A stretch of 64,000 nt of DNA from Acidobacteriota bacterium (lineage in GTDB: Bacteria; Acidobacteriota; UBA6911; RPQK01; JAJDTT01): positions 4,448,001 to 4,512,000 of the forward strand of contig CBDCJH010000002.1 of the NCBI GenBank assembly GCA_965217775.1, read 5' to 3'. A program made the position numbers and the translations under genes. Positions 36,600 through 45,463 of this stretch are shown here, piece after piece. The notes beneath the pieces were generated by a model. That model worked only from the letters and a program-made list of their open reading frames with translations. It did no database searches and had not been told where the DNA came from. Every line of letters starts with the position of its first letter. Within the stretch, counting starts at the first letter, position 1.

Positions 36600-37206
36600 A
36601 TATCTCCGGCGATTGCCTCCGAGCCTGATCTCCCTGCCCACCAGGACTCTGCTGCACCGCATTTACCGGCGCGGCGGTGACCATCCGACAGAGTGGCCCG
36701 ATTTCAGATATTTTGGACCTACTATCGCTCGCTTCGATCATCAAGAGCGCGACAGCACGGGCCGAGCGCACGTCCAAACGCGGGGAATCCTCTATCTTGC
36801 CCTCGATGTTCCGACCGCGTTGGCGGAAGCGTTTCAGAAACGACGCACCGTCAACCGAACCCATCTGCAGCCCTGGATGGTGTCATTCAAGCTTGTCAAC
36901 GGCCTGTCACTGCTCGACCTGACGGGCACTTTCTGCGTCCGAGCCGGAGGTTCCATGAAACTGGTCAGCGGACCGCCCATCTTCGCACAGAACTGGTCGC
37001 GTGCATTTTACGAATGCTACGAGGACATCCATGGCCTCTACTACCCCTCTTCGCTCACCAACCGGCCTGTGATCGCGCTCTATGAACGCGCCCTCTCCGT
37101 CAATCCGTTCCCGGATACGCCCGTCTTCCACCGCGAGTTGAGCAGTGCCCTGCTGATTGAACCCTTGCGAGACGCATGCCAGGAGATCGGTTACGACTTC
37201 TTCTGA
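36568..37206 (+). CDS. RES domain protein (putative NAD+-degrading toxin)
   Basis: Conserved R (LHRIY), RFDH, ILYLA, E (TALAEAF), LLDLT, WSRA, S (GLYYPSS). Confidence 0.85.
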   Translation: MAKLPRTPDREYLRRLPPSLISLPTRTLLHRIYRRGGDHPTEWPDFRYFGPTIARFDHQERDSTGRAHVQTRGILYLALDVPTALAEAFQKRRTVNRTHLQPWMVSFKLVNGLSLLDLTGTFCVRAGGSMKLVSGPPIFAQNWSRAFYECYEDIHGLYYPSSLTNRPVIALYERALSVNPFPDTPVFHRELSSALLIEPLRDACQEIGYDFF

Positions 37207-37224
37207 TCGGTGACGGCGGTTGGT

Positions 37225-37243
37225 GCGCCTCCTCGGGAGGCGC
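37225..37243. terminator. GC-rich hairpin between convergent genes
   Basis: GCGCCTCC-TCG-GGAGGCGC; no U tract, so terminator function is uncertain. Confidence 0.35.
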
Positions 37244-37262
37244 CGTATCGGAAGGGTCGTTC

Positions 37263-38930
37263 CTATTGAAACTGGAAGGAATAGAACTTGCCGTTGCGGA
37301 GGTGGAAACGTAGTTGCACCGGCTGGCCGGCCAGATTCGACAGGTCGGCTGATCCAGCCCAGGAGACCGGCTGGCCGGCTACGGTGCGGGTGACCGGTTC
37401 CGCCTCCTCCGGACCGAAGCCCTCCAGCGGTTCTCCATTGGAGTCCAGCACCTCCACCCTCAGGGAGGAGTGGTGGTCCACGCCGGCCGACCCTTTCTGC
37501 GAGTCCTCGAAACTCACCAGCAGGCGGCTCCCCTCGAAGACCAGGGGCCGAGTGGTCACCGTCCCCGGATTGGGCCCGGCGTCCAGGGAGACGAAGCCGT
37601 CCAGGGGGAGGGTGGCCAGACCCACGGCCGCCTCGGCGTTCTCCCCTTCCGCAAGGAGGTCCTCCACGCCGTGGCGCCAGTTGACGCCCAGGTAGTAGAA
37701 CCAGATCTTGCCGTCGTGCACCAGCGGCTGCCGGACGTAGACGCAGCCGTCGTCCCAGGTGCCGTTGGCTCCCAAGGGAATGTAGGGACCACGGTCCGGG
37801 AGGCGCTGGAACTCCCGGCCCTCCCGGCTGTACGCGAAATGGCTCTCCATGGTCAGACTGTTGGTCCGAAACACCCAGGGAAAGCCGAGGTAGATTCCTT
37901 CGTAGAGCAGTGCCGGCATGCCGTAGAACTGGAGGTCCACGGGATCCACCGAATCGGGAATCAGGGCCGGCTCGATGGGAGACCAGCGAACGAAGTCGTC
38001 ACTCGTCGAAAACCCGATGGTCCGCTTCCGGATTCGGCCCGCGCGGGGCGCCAGTTGGTCCGGCGTATGGGAGGGCAGGCTGGCGGCTCTCACTTCGGGT
38101 GGAATGCCGTCGTAGGCGGCGACGGCCTCCCGGTAGTCCTTCCAACCCGGCCGCAGATAGGCCACGTACTTCTGCCGGGACGGGTCCCAGCCCAACACGG
38201 TGTGGGTGTCGCTCGTCCCCACCATGACCGGGTTGCCCGGGTATTCCTCCCAGGCCAGCCCGTCCGGAGAAAAATAGATGCAGAGGCCGGTCACTCCGTT
38301 CGCCGCCAGGGCAAACCCCAGGGCCTTGTAGCGCCGGACCGGATTCTGCTCCCGATGGTCCCGGAACGCGTTGGGCGCACGGCCCGAGTTGTAGAGCCCG
38401 CCTTCGGCGCGGACCGACCGGTCCGAAATGATGTTGTTGCGGGTCGAACCCTCGAACTTCACGAGGCCCAGCTCGGGTCTTTCCCAGTGAACACCGTCCC
38501 GGGAGACGGCATAGCAGGAAAGGTCCAGGTCCTCCCGGTAGTTGCTGGCCCGAAGCAGACTCTCATACTCCTCCAGCGGTCCGGGAGGCCGCTCCGCCGT
38601 GATCAGGCTGGGGACGTACCACATCTTGAAGAGGGCGTCCTCGGGATCGTAGATGACGGAACTCACGGAGGCGAAGTTCCCTTCCCACTTGCGCTCCGGC
38701 CTCAACACCGGTCCTCCCGGATGCTTGACCGGCCGGTTCAGGACTCGGGAGATGGACTCCGTGGCCTCCACGACGCCGTCGTCGATAAAGAGCTGCTTGG
38801 CAGTACCGATCCGAAGCGGTTCCCGGTCCGGGGACTGGTGCGGGGAACATCCGGCCAGTGCAGCCACGAAGAGGGAGGCAACAGCCGCCAGACAGCCGTT
38901 ACACAGTGAGCTTCTTCCGTTGCAGGTCAT
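37263..38930 (-). CDS. Lipoprotein with a five-bladed-propeller glycosidase-like (GH32/GH43-like) domain and C-terminal beta domain
   Basis: Lipobox LAGC, QLFID, Asp-box-like SRDGVHW, SPDGLAW, SDDFVRW, DGFVSL, YSFQF; paralog of 63030-64000. Confidence 0.7.
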   Translation of the reverse strand: MTCNGRSSLCNGCLAAVASLFVAALAGCSPHQSPDREPLRIGTAKQLFIDDGVVEATESISRVLNRPVKHPGGPVLRPERKWEGNFASVSSVIYDPEDALFKMWYVPSLITAERPPGPLEEYESLLRASNYREDLDLSCYAVSRDGVHWERPELGLVKFEGSTRNNIISDRSVRAEGGLYNSGRAPNAFRDHREQNPVRRYKALGFALAANGVTGLCIYFSPDGLAWEEYPGNPVMVGTSDTHTVLGWDPSRQKYVAYLRPGWKDYREAVAAYDGIPPEVRAASLPSHTPDQLAPRAGRIRKRTIGFSTSDDFVRWSPIEPALIPDSVDPVDLQFYGMPALLYEGIYLGFPWVFRTNSLTMESHFAYSREGREFQRLPDRGPYIPLGANGTWDDGCVYVRQPLVHDGKIWFYYLGVNWRHGVEDLLAEGENAEAAVGLATLPLDGFVSLDAGPNPGTVTTRPLVFEGSRLLVSFEDSQKGSAGVDHHSSLRVEVLDSNGEPLEGFGPEEAEPVTRTVAGQPVSWAGSADLSNLAGQPVQLRFHLRNGKFYSFQFQ

Positions 38931-39067
38931 GCGGCCCAGTCTATCGCGCCGACATGTCCGGAGGTAGAAGCCGGGATGGGAACAGGGCACCGTTCCGATC
39001 GGCGGAAAAGGCGTGACGCACTTGCCACGGACCGGCAAGAATGTTGGCATGGAACCGAGGTGATTCC

Positions 39068-41008
39068 ATGAGCATCATCAACACATTCCGCCGGCTCCCG
39101 ATTCTCTTCCTTTTCCTGCTCGCCTCCTGCGGTGGGAATTCGGCACGGGAGACGCGGCATTGGCTGGAGCTGGAAACCGACGGGCTGACTTTCGGCATCG
39201 ACCGGGACCTGTCGCTCTCGGTTTACTACGGCTCGGATGCGGTCCCCACTTGGCGATCGATGACGCCCAGCGTCGAGATCCGAACGTCGGGTCCCCCGGA
39301 GGAGAACGGTCCACGGACCCTGAGCTGCAAGGATTCCGCCCGGCAACAAGCGGAAGAGTACCGGGAGGGCGAAATGGAAGGCTATCGGGTCCGGCTGAGC
39401 GGCTGGATGGAGACGGACGCCGTCCTGGGGTGCGATCTGGCGCTGGACCGGGAGGGGCGCCTCCACGTCCGAATATCGCAGGCGGGGGGCGAAGACACCA
39501 TTCGCGAGGTGCTGGACCTGTACACGTTGGCCCTGGAGCCGGACCCATCATCTTACCTGGTGGTCCCCTGGGGTTCCGGATACATGATCCGGTCCGACTC
39601 CCCCAGTCCGGTGGCGCTCACCGGCCTTCTTGGCGCCGAGTACAGCCTGCCCCTGTTCGGACTGGTGGCGGGCGGCCGTTCGGCCTACCCGATGGTCGAC
39701 ACCTGGTGGAACGCGGCCGTCCGCGTGGATCACGAGCCGGGACAGCAGTCCCGGGTCGCCCTGGACTGGAAGGCCTCGCTGGACCGTCTGAGCTATCCCC
39801 GGCGGGCCGTCTGGAGCTTCGAGCAGGGAAAAGACCACGTGGACCTGGCCAAGGCCTACCGCAGACACGTGGAGGCCACCCGTCCCCTGCCCTCCCTGAG
39901 CACTCGAATGGCCTCCGACCCTGGCTTGAAACGGTTTCTCTCAGGTGTCGAATACCGGCTCATCGAGTGGAACCCGGAGCACCACCCGCAGGTGCTGGAG
40001 AACATCCGCCGCTTCCAGGCCGCCGGTCTCCCCGTCAGCTTCTTCCACCCCAAGTGGCCGGCCGGGGAGAGGACGCCGGCCGGCTGGCAGGAGTACCTGA
40101 GAGAAGATCCGATGGTGCCCGGGGGCTGGCCCGCGGCCCGGCGGCTGGAAGAACAGGTCCACTCCCTGGGGTGCTCCGTCAAGTTCTTCGTCATGCCTCA
40201 CGTCTTCCACGAGGACGCACCCTACTACGATCCGGCCAAGCTCAGCGGCGTCCAGTTCCCCCGGTTCAGCGACGGTTACGCGTTGGAAGCCCTCAAGTCC
40301 CTGCTGGATCACGTCCAGGCCAAGGGATTGAAAATGGACGCCCTCTACTTTGACGGCCATGCCGCCCACCGGGGGCATTCCGAACACGCTTCTGCGGAAG
40401 GACCCATCAGCCGCCGGGAGACGTACGAGACCCAGGTGGAGACGTTTCGGGAGGCCCGGCGGCGGGGAATCGTCCCCGGCGCCGAGTTGGCCCGTTTCTG
40501 GTGCATGGGCGAGAGCGACTACTTCTTCTTCACCGACTGGTCCCGGGACCGGCTCCGGGAGGCTGAACCGATCCCTCTGTTCCAACTCGCGTTCAACGAC
40601 TGCTATGTGGCTCACTTCTCCGGCGGCGGCTACTATTCCGCCCCCAAATACGACTGGTACGCCGACCGCCACCCCCGGCTCTACGAGCTCATGTACGGGG
40701 CCATGCCCTCACACAACTGGCTTCCCGGGGGAGAGGCCCTGATCGAAGAGCACCATTGGGAGACCGACGCCATGAAACGGCGCCTGGATTGGCTCCGTCT
40801 CTGGCATGCCTATTTTCAGGCGGTGGGGTATGCCGAGATGACCCGCCACCAGTTTCTGAGCGACGACCGGACCCTGCAGCGCGTCGAGTACGCCAACGGT
40901 GTTGCCGCCGAGTTCGATCTGGCTCAGGGTCGGTTTCGAGTCCTGGGAGTCGAGGGAATCAAGGAAAACTGGCAGGAGCCCCCGGTGGTCGAACCGCTGG
41001 GAGAATGA
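39068..41008 (+). CDS. Lipoprotein, putative glycoside hydrolase (GH101/GH129-like barrel)
   Basis: Lipobox LASC, VPWGSG, SLPLFG, DHVDLAKAYR, GGW, ALYFD, IPLFQLAF, EMTRHQFL...QRVEYANG; GAGGTG RBS. Confidence 0.6.
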   Translation: MSIINTFRRLPILFLFLLASCGGNSARETRHWLELETDGLTFGIDRDLSLSVYYGSDAVPTWRSMTPSVEIRTSGPPEENGPRTLSCKDSARQQAEEYREGEMEGYRVRLSGWMETDAVLGCDLALDREGRLHVRISQAGGEDTIREVLDLYTLALEPDPSSYLVVPWGSGYMIRSDSPSPVALTGLLGAEYSLPLFGLVAGGRSAYPMVDTWWNAAVRVDHEPGQQSRVALDWKASLDRLSYPRRAVWSFEQGKDHVDLAKAYRRHVEATRPLPSLSTRMASDPGLKRFLSGVEYRLIEWNPEHHPQVLENIRRFQAAGLPVSFFHPKWPAGERTPAGWQEYLREDPMVPGGWPAARRLEEQVHSLGCSVKFFVMPHVFHEDAPYYDPAKLSGVQFPRFSDGYALEALKSLLDHVQAKGLKMDALYFDGHAAHRGHSEHASAEGPISRRETYETQVETFREARRRGIVPGAELARFWCMGESDYFFFTDWSRDRLREAEPIPLFQLAFNDCYVAHFSGGGYYSAPKYDWYADRHPRLYELMYGAMPSHNWLPGGEALIEEHHWETDAMKRRLDWLRLWHAYFQAVGYAEMTRHQFLSDDRTLQRVEYANGVAAEFDLAQGRFRVLGVEGIKENWQEPPVVEPLGE

Positions 41009-41042
41009 AGAGCGTTCCCACGGGCCGGGGGCCGGCGATGAA

Positions 41043-41067
41043 GAGGGGGCAGGAATGTCCCCCCTCC
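41043..41067. repeat. Degenerate REP between convergent genes
   Basis: GAGGGGGCAGGAATGTCCCCCCTCC. Confidence 0.6.
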
Positions 41068-41074
41068 GGTGCCC

Positions 41075-44000
41075 CTACCGCCTCATCTTTCGTCTCTCTT
41101 CTCCGGGGGGTCTCCAGCGACGGGTCGCCAACGGCTCGTAGATTTCATAACCCGGGCCATAGCCGGCGCTCTCCGTCCCGATCACGTACTGGTAATCCAG
41201 TATGAACCGCATGAGGTCGGCCATCTCCTGGGGGGTGACGTTCTCTTCCAGACCTTCGGGCATGAGTGACTTGCCCGTCGCCCGCATTTCCAGAATATCC
41301 TTGCGCAACACCGTGTTCTGAACGTCTTCGCCCTCCACCAGGGTGATGCTCTCCGAATTCTGGTCGGTGATGATGCCGGTGAATAGCCGCCGCTGCCGGT
41401 CGGTCACCACGTACTGGAGGTATTGGGGCTCCACGAACCGGTTCGGGTCCAGGATATTGGTGAGCAGAGGCTCCGGGTCCTGGTAGGAACCGGTGATCAG
41501 GTTGGGACCCACCAGGTGCTCCGTGGAGGAGAGGCGGTGGCACTTGCTGCACTCGCGGCGGTAAACCGCCTCGCCGTGAACCCGGTCCCCCTCGAGGGTC
41601 AGCGCGACCTGATAGTCGCCCAGGGCCTGCTGTCGAGTGCCGGGCGTCTGGGAGGCAAAGAGACCCTTGGCCTGATCCCGGATCGCCTCATCGTCATGGT
41701 TCATGAGGAGTTCGCGGCGGCTGGCGTTGAACTGGCTGGAGGCGACTCGTTCTTCCCGAATCGCCTGAAGCAGGGCACGGGTCCAGGGCCTCCGGGAGAG
41801 GAGGCTGGTCAGGACCCGGCTCCGAACGTCGGGTGTCAGAGCCGTCCACTCCTGCAGCAGAATGTCGGCGATCTCGGGAGCATCGTGACGCTCCAGGGCT
41901 TCGATCCCGGCGAGTTGCACGGCCTGGGTCTGGCTGGAGGCGACAAGTTTGGCGAGAGAGTCCCGCACCTGGGAGAAGCTGCCGTGGGCCAGGAGTCGAA
42001 TTGCCTCCAACCGGTCCTGCTCGGGGATCGATGCGTCTCCAGCCATTTCCGCAGCCCCGTTCATGAGCTCGCGGATCATCCGGGTTGCCGGGCGCGGAAG
42101 ACCTCGGAGCTGGGAGAGAGAGTGGTTGGAGATGGCCAGACCCTCCGCCAGGCCGGTGACCACGAGCCGTCGCATCCGCATGCGATCGGCCAGGGAAGCG
42201 TGCGTGGCCGCCGTACCGGCGAGCTGCCTGATCTCCGACGCGTGGTTCCGGGCGCCCACCGTCCGGGCCAGTGGTTCCAACCAGGCCCCGGCCTCCGCCT
42301 TGGCGGCAAAACCGTCCGACTCCAACAGCCGGACGAACAGGCGGTCGGCGATTTCGCTGCTGGAGCTCAAAACGGCGTTTCGAGTCCAGCGGTCGCCCGA
42401 GTCCCGCTCGGCGATCCGGAGCAGTCCGGAAAGGGGCCGGCGGTCCCGAACCTGGCCCAGTGCCAACGCGACCCGAAACCGCACCTTGGGGTTGTCGTCT
42501 TCGGCCAGCGCCAGCACCCTCCGAAACAGGGACCGGGAGCGGCCGAAACGGCGCTCGGACAGTTGCACGGCGTGAACCCGGACTCCCGGTGACGGGTCTT
42601 CCAGGGCCTGGACCAGATGGGCTTCCTTCAGGGCCCTGAGTCCGTTCAGGCTCCAGAGGGCGTGCATCCGGGCCAGCGGTTTCTCACTCTCCTTCAGGAG
42701 CTGAACGAGAGCGGGCACCGCGGACCGGTCCTGGCGTTCGAAGATGAGCCGGTGGGCCGTTTCCCGCCACCAGCCTCCCGGGTGCTCCAGGTAACTTGCC
42801 AGTTCCGCGGTCGAGGCCTCCCCCAGGCGCGGCCGCGGAGGGACCTTGAAGCCGACCGGTTCCAACCGGTAGATCCGGCCATGGTCCTGGCCCCTTGTGA
42901 AGTCGAGATGTTTGACGACACGGGCGGGGACGTGGGCCGCCTCGATCAACTCCCGGTACATGTCCAGGATGTAGAGCGTTCCGTCGGGCGCGTTGACCGA
43001 GTTCACCGGGCGAAACCAGTTGTCGGTGGAGCGCACCATTTCGACGTTCTCCGGCTCCCCCCGAACCGACCTGAAGCTCACGCCGTCTTCCTCCAGGACC
43101 CGCCGGTGCAGCAGGTTGGCGGTGTTGGCGCCGATGAAGAGGCTTCCCCGGTACTCCTCGGGGTAGGCGTGACCCCGGTAGATCTGCACGCCGGCGCCGG
43201 CGGTCTGGTAGTCGTGTCCCACGCCGGCGCTACGATTGCTCCGCCCCGCGAAGACGCGGCGGGCTTCCCGGATGGTCCGCCAGAGCTCGACGGGACTGAT
43301 CTTGTAGACCCGGGTCTGCCCCCGCACCAGGGGATTCACCTCCAGGGAGCCGTGTCCCTCCCAATGGAAGCCGTGCAGATCGAAGAACAGATAGGGGTTG
43401 CGCTGCAGATAGCCGCCGGGTATGACCACGTGCCGGCCCGACGACCCCGCGGTGCAGACGTAGCGGTTGTACCAGTCGTCGAAACTGTGGCCAAACTGGA
43501 AGGTCTGGGTGGTGAGCTCCAGCTCGCGGCTCACCGGATCGAACCGGAAGTCGCGATCGTAGACGGAGATGGGCTCGGCCTCCGGCTGGTCTCCCGGCCG
43601 GATGTAGCCGCCGTCGCCGCCCGTGGAAGCATAGATCTTGTGGTCCACCCCCCAGATCAGGTTGTTCACCATCTGTTGCTCGTTGGTGACTCCGAAACCG
43701 GTGAAGACGATTTCCTCGACGTCGGCCCTTCCGTCGCCGTCGGTGTCCTCCATGTAGTAGATGTGAGGGGGAGCGGAGACGTAGACCCCCTGCTTCCAGA
43801 CGGCGACCCCGGTGGGCCAGATCAGTCCCTCGGCAAAGACGTGGCTCAGGTCGAAGCGGCCGTCTCCGTCCTGGTCCTCCAACAGCCGGACCTGTCCCCG
43901 TGGCTTCTCGCCGTCACCCGCCTGGTAGGGATAGTGCCTCAACTCGGCCACGTACATGCGCCCGCTCTCGTCGAACGCTGCGGCCACCGGTTCGTTCACC

Positions 44001-44263
44001 ATGGGCTCGTGGGCCACCAGTTCCAACCGAAAACCGTCCGCCGTCTCGAACGTCTCGAGGGCTTCGGCCGGCGTCTTGGGCGGGACTTTCTTCAGATACT
44101 CTTTGAGGGCGGCTTCGTCCCGGGAGATGTCGACGATCCGCTTGAAACGTTCGTCGGGGGTCTCGGCCGGTTCGGGACCGCACGAAACCATCAGCGTCAG
44201 GCACAGGATGGTTGGGACCCGGCGAACGACGGATTCCTTCTCTCTCTTCATGCGCGCCATCAT
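41075..44263 (-). CDS. PVC-type membrane-bound dehydrogenase with HEAT repeats and C-terminal CxxCH cytochrome c
   Basis: Lipobox MVSC, GFRLELVAHEP, LLEDQDGDGRFD, DNWFRPV, GRIYR, HEAT repeats, CSKCH, ILDPN, SLMPEGLE; upstream part of the supplied ORF is probably non-coding. Confidence 0.92.
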   Translation of the reverse strand: MMARMKREKESVVRRVPTILCLTLMVSCGPEPAETPDERFKRIVDISRDEAALKEYLKKVPPKTPAEALETFETADGFRLELVAHEPMVNEPVAAAFDESGRMYVAELRHYPYQAGDGEKPRGQVRLLEDQDGDGRFDLSHVFAEGLIWPTGVAVWKQGVYVSAPPHIYYMEDTDGDGRADVEEIVFTGFGVTNEQQMVNNLIWGVDHKIYASTGGDGGYIRPGDQPEAEPISVYDRDFRFDPVSRELELTTQTFQFGHSFDDWYNRYVCTAGSSGRHVVIPGGYLQRNPYLFFDLHGFHWEGHGSLEVNPLVRGQTRVYKISPVELWRTIREARRVFAGRSNRSAGVGHDYQTAGAGVQIYRGHAYPEEYRGSLFIGANTANLLHRRVLEEDGVSFRSVRGEPENVEMVRSTDNWFRPVNSVNAPDGTLYILDMYRELIEAAHVPARVVKHLDFTRGQDHGRIYRLEPVGFKVPPRPRLGEASTAELASYLEHPGGWWRETAHRLIFERQDRSAVPALVQLLKESEKPLARMHALWSLNGLRALKEAHLVQALEDPSPGVRVHAVQLSERRFGRSRSLFRRVLALAEDDNPKVRFRVALALGQVRDRRPLSGLLRIAERDSGDRWTRNAVLSSSSEIADRLFVRLLESDGFAAKAEAGAWLEPLARTVGARNHASEIRQLAGTAATHASLADRMRMRRLVVTGLAEGLAISNHSLSQLRGLPRPATRMIRELMNGAAEMAGDASIPEQDRLEAIRLLAHGSFSQVRDSLAKLVASSQTQAVQLAGIEALERHDAPEIADILLQEWTALTPDVRSRVLTSLLSRRPWTRALLQAIREERVASSQFNASRRELLMNHDDEAIRDQAKGLFASQTPGTRQQALGDYQVALTLEGDRVHGEAVYRRECSKCHRLSSTEHLVGPNLITGSYQDPEPLLTNILDPNRFVEPQYLQYVVTDRQRRLFTGIITDQNSESITLVEGEDVQNTVLRKDILEMRATGKSLMPEGLEENVTPQEMADLMRFILDYQYVIGTESAGYGPGYEIYEPLATRRWRPPGEERRKMRR

Positions 44264-44328
44264 CCTTGAATGGGGTCTGAATTGAAACCCTCGAAGAATC
44301 CGCAGGGCCCCGTCCAACGGGACTCCCC

Positions 44329-45366
44329 TCAACCGGTCACCGCGCTGGCGACCCTCCAGACCCCGTTCCTGTCGCAGGCGGCGTAGTACATCCGGACACG
44401 GTTCCCATCGAGCCGGATCAGGGACATGTCCTCGGCATGGACCGCATCCAGTCCCGGACCACCATAGCCGGCCCCATCGACGATGCATGTCCGTCGCTCC
44501 CAGAGAAGGCCGTCCCCGGAGGTAGCGGTGTAGATCCGCGACCGGTAACCGGCCATGTCGGCAGCGATGGATGCAGCGGCGAAGTCCTGGCTCCGGCCGC
44601 TCGCCACGGCGTCCACGTCCTCGCTGGGATGCCGGGGCGCGACGGCCCCAGGCGGGAGATCCTGCCAGGCCGAGAAGAACATGACCCAATCCTCCCCGGC
44701 CCGCTCCGGCGGGATCACGTCAGCCGCCGTGATCCCACACTCGTCCGTCTCCCCCTGCAGGTCCCGCAGCCGAACGCCGGACTCCCACTCGAAGTCGAGA
44801 CCGTCGGAAGTCACGGCGCTCACCACGTTGTGAGCCAGCCGTTCGCTGCGGCCGGGTCCCTCGGGGCCGTACTCGGAGTCACAGCAGTAGAGGCGGGCAC
44901 CACCCTGGAGCAGAGGGACGTACCGGGGTGCGCCGAGGCCGCCCTCGGAACGGAGCCTGACCCCCTCGTACTCCCAATCGAGCTGATCTCGGGAGACGGA
45001 GCTGCAGATCACCGTCGGTTCGTGGGCGGGGCCCCTGGCTTCGAAGTACATCCGCCAGCGTCCATCGGCGACCCGGGTCACCGATGGGGCCAGGACGCGC
45101 AACGACATGTGCGAAATTCCAGGCCGAGGCGCCACTCGAATTCCCGGCTCGGGGCGGAATCGGAGGCCATCTTCGGAGACGGCGCTGAGGATGTATCCCT
45201 GACATTCCGGAAAGGGTTTCGCCGGTCCCACGGCCGTGTAGAAGAGGCGGAAGCCGCCGGAGGGAAGGGCCACGACACCGGGCGCCTGCACCTTGGACGC
45301 GTCCAGTCCACGGGACGGCTCAACGCGGGCCCCTGCTTCCCTGTGCCAACGATCCAGCATACGCAT
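44329..45366 (-). CDS. Beta-propeller protein with Asp-box-like repeats (glycosidase-like), no signal peptide
   Basis: Repeats SAVSEDGLRF, SSVSRDQLDW, SAVTSDGLDF, TATSGDGLLW with RLFY/RMYF/RMYY strands. Confidence 0.65.
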   Translation of the reverse strand: MRMLDRWHREAGARVEPSRGLDASKVQAPGVVALPSGGFRLFYTAVGPAKPFPECQGYILSAVSEDGLRFRPEPGIRVAPRPGISHMSLRVLAPSVTRVADGRWRMYFEARGPAHEPTVICSSVSRDQLDWEYEGVRLRSEGGLGAPRYVPLLQGGARLYCCDSEYGPEGPGRSERLAHNVVSAVTSDGLDFEWESGVRLRDLQGETDECGITAADVIPPERAGEDWVMFFSAWQDLPPGAVAPRHPSEDVDAVASGRSQDFAAASIAADMAGYRSRIYTATSGDGLLWERRTCIVDGAGYGGPGLDAVHAEDMSLIRLDGNRVRMYYAACDRNGVWRVASAVTG

Positions 45367-45463
45367 GGGTAGACCCCTTTTATATCGTCATTTCTCGGAT
45401 GAGAAAACCCGGGCTGTCGCAGCACTTGTGATTTCCCGGACGTAGAGAAGGTAGAATCCGGCA

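Noticed and set aside
44264-44689. N-terminal extension of the 1204-aa ORF
   Set aside because: It overlaps the upstream propeller gene in another frame; the lipoprotein signal starts near 44263-44251
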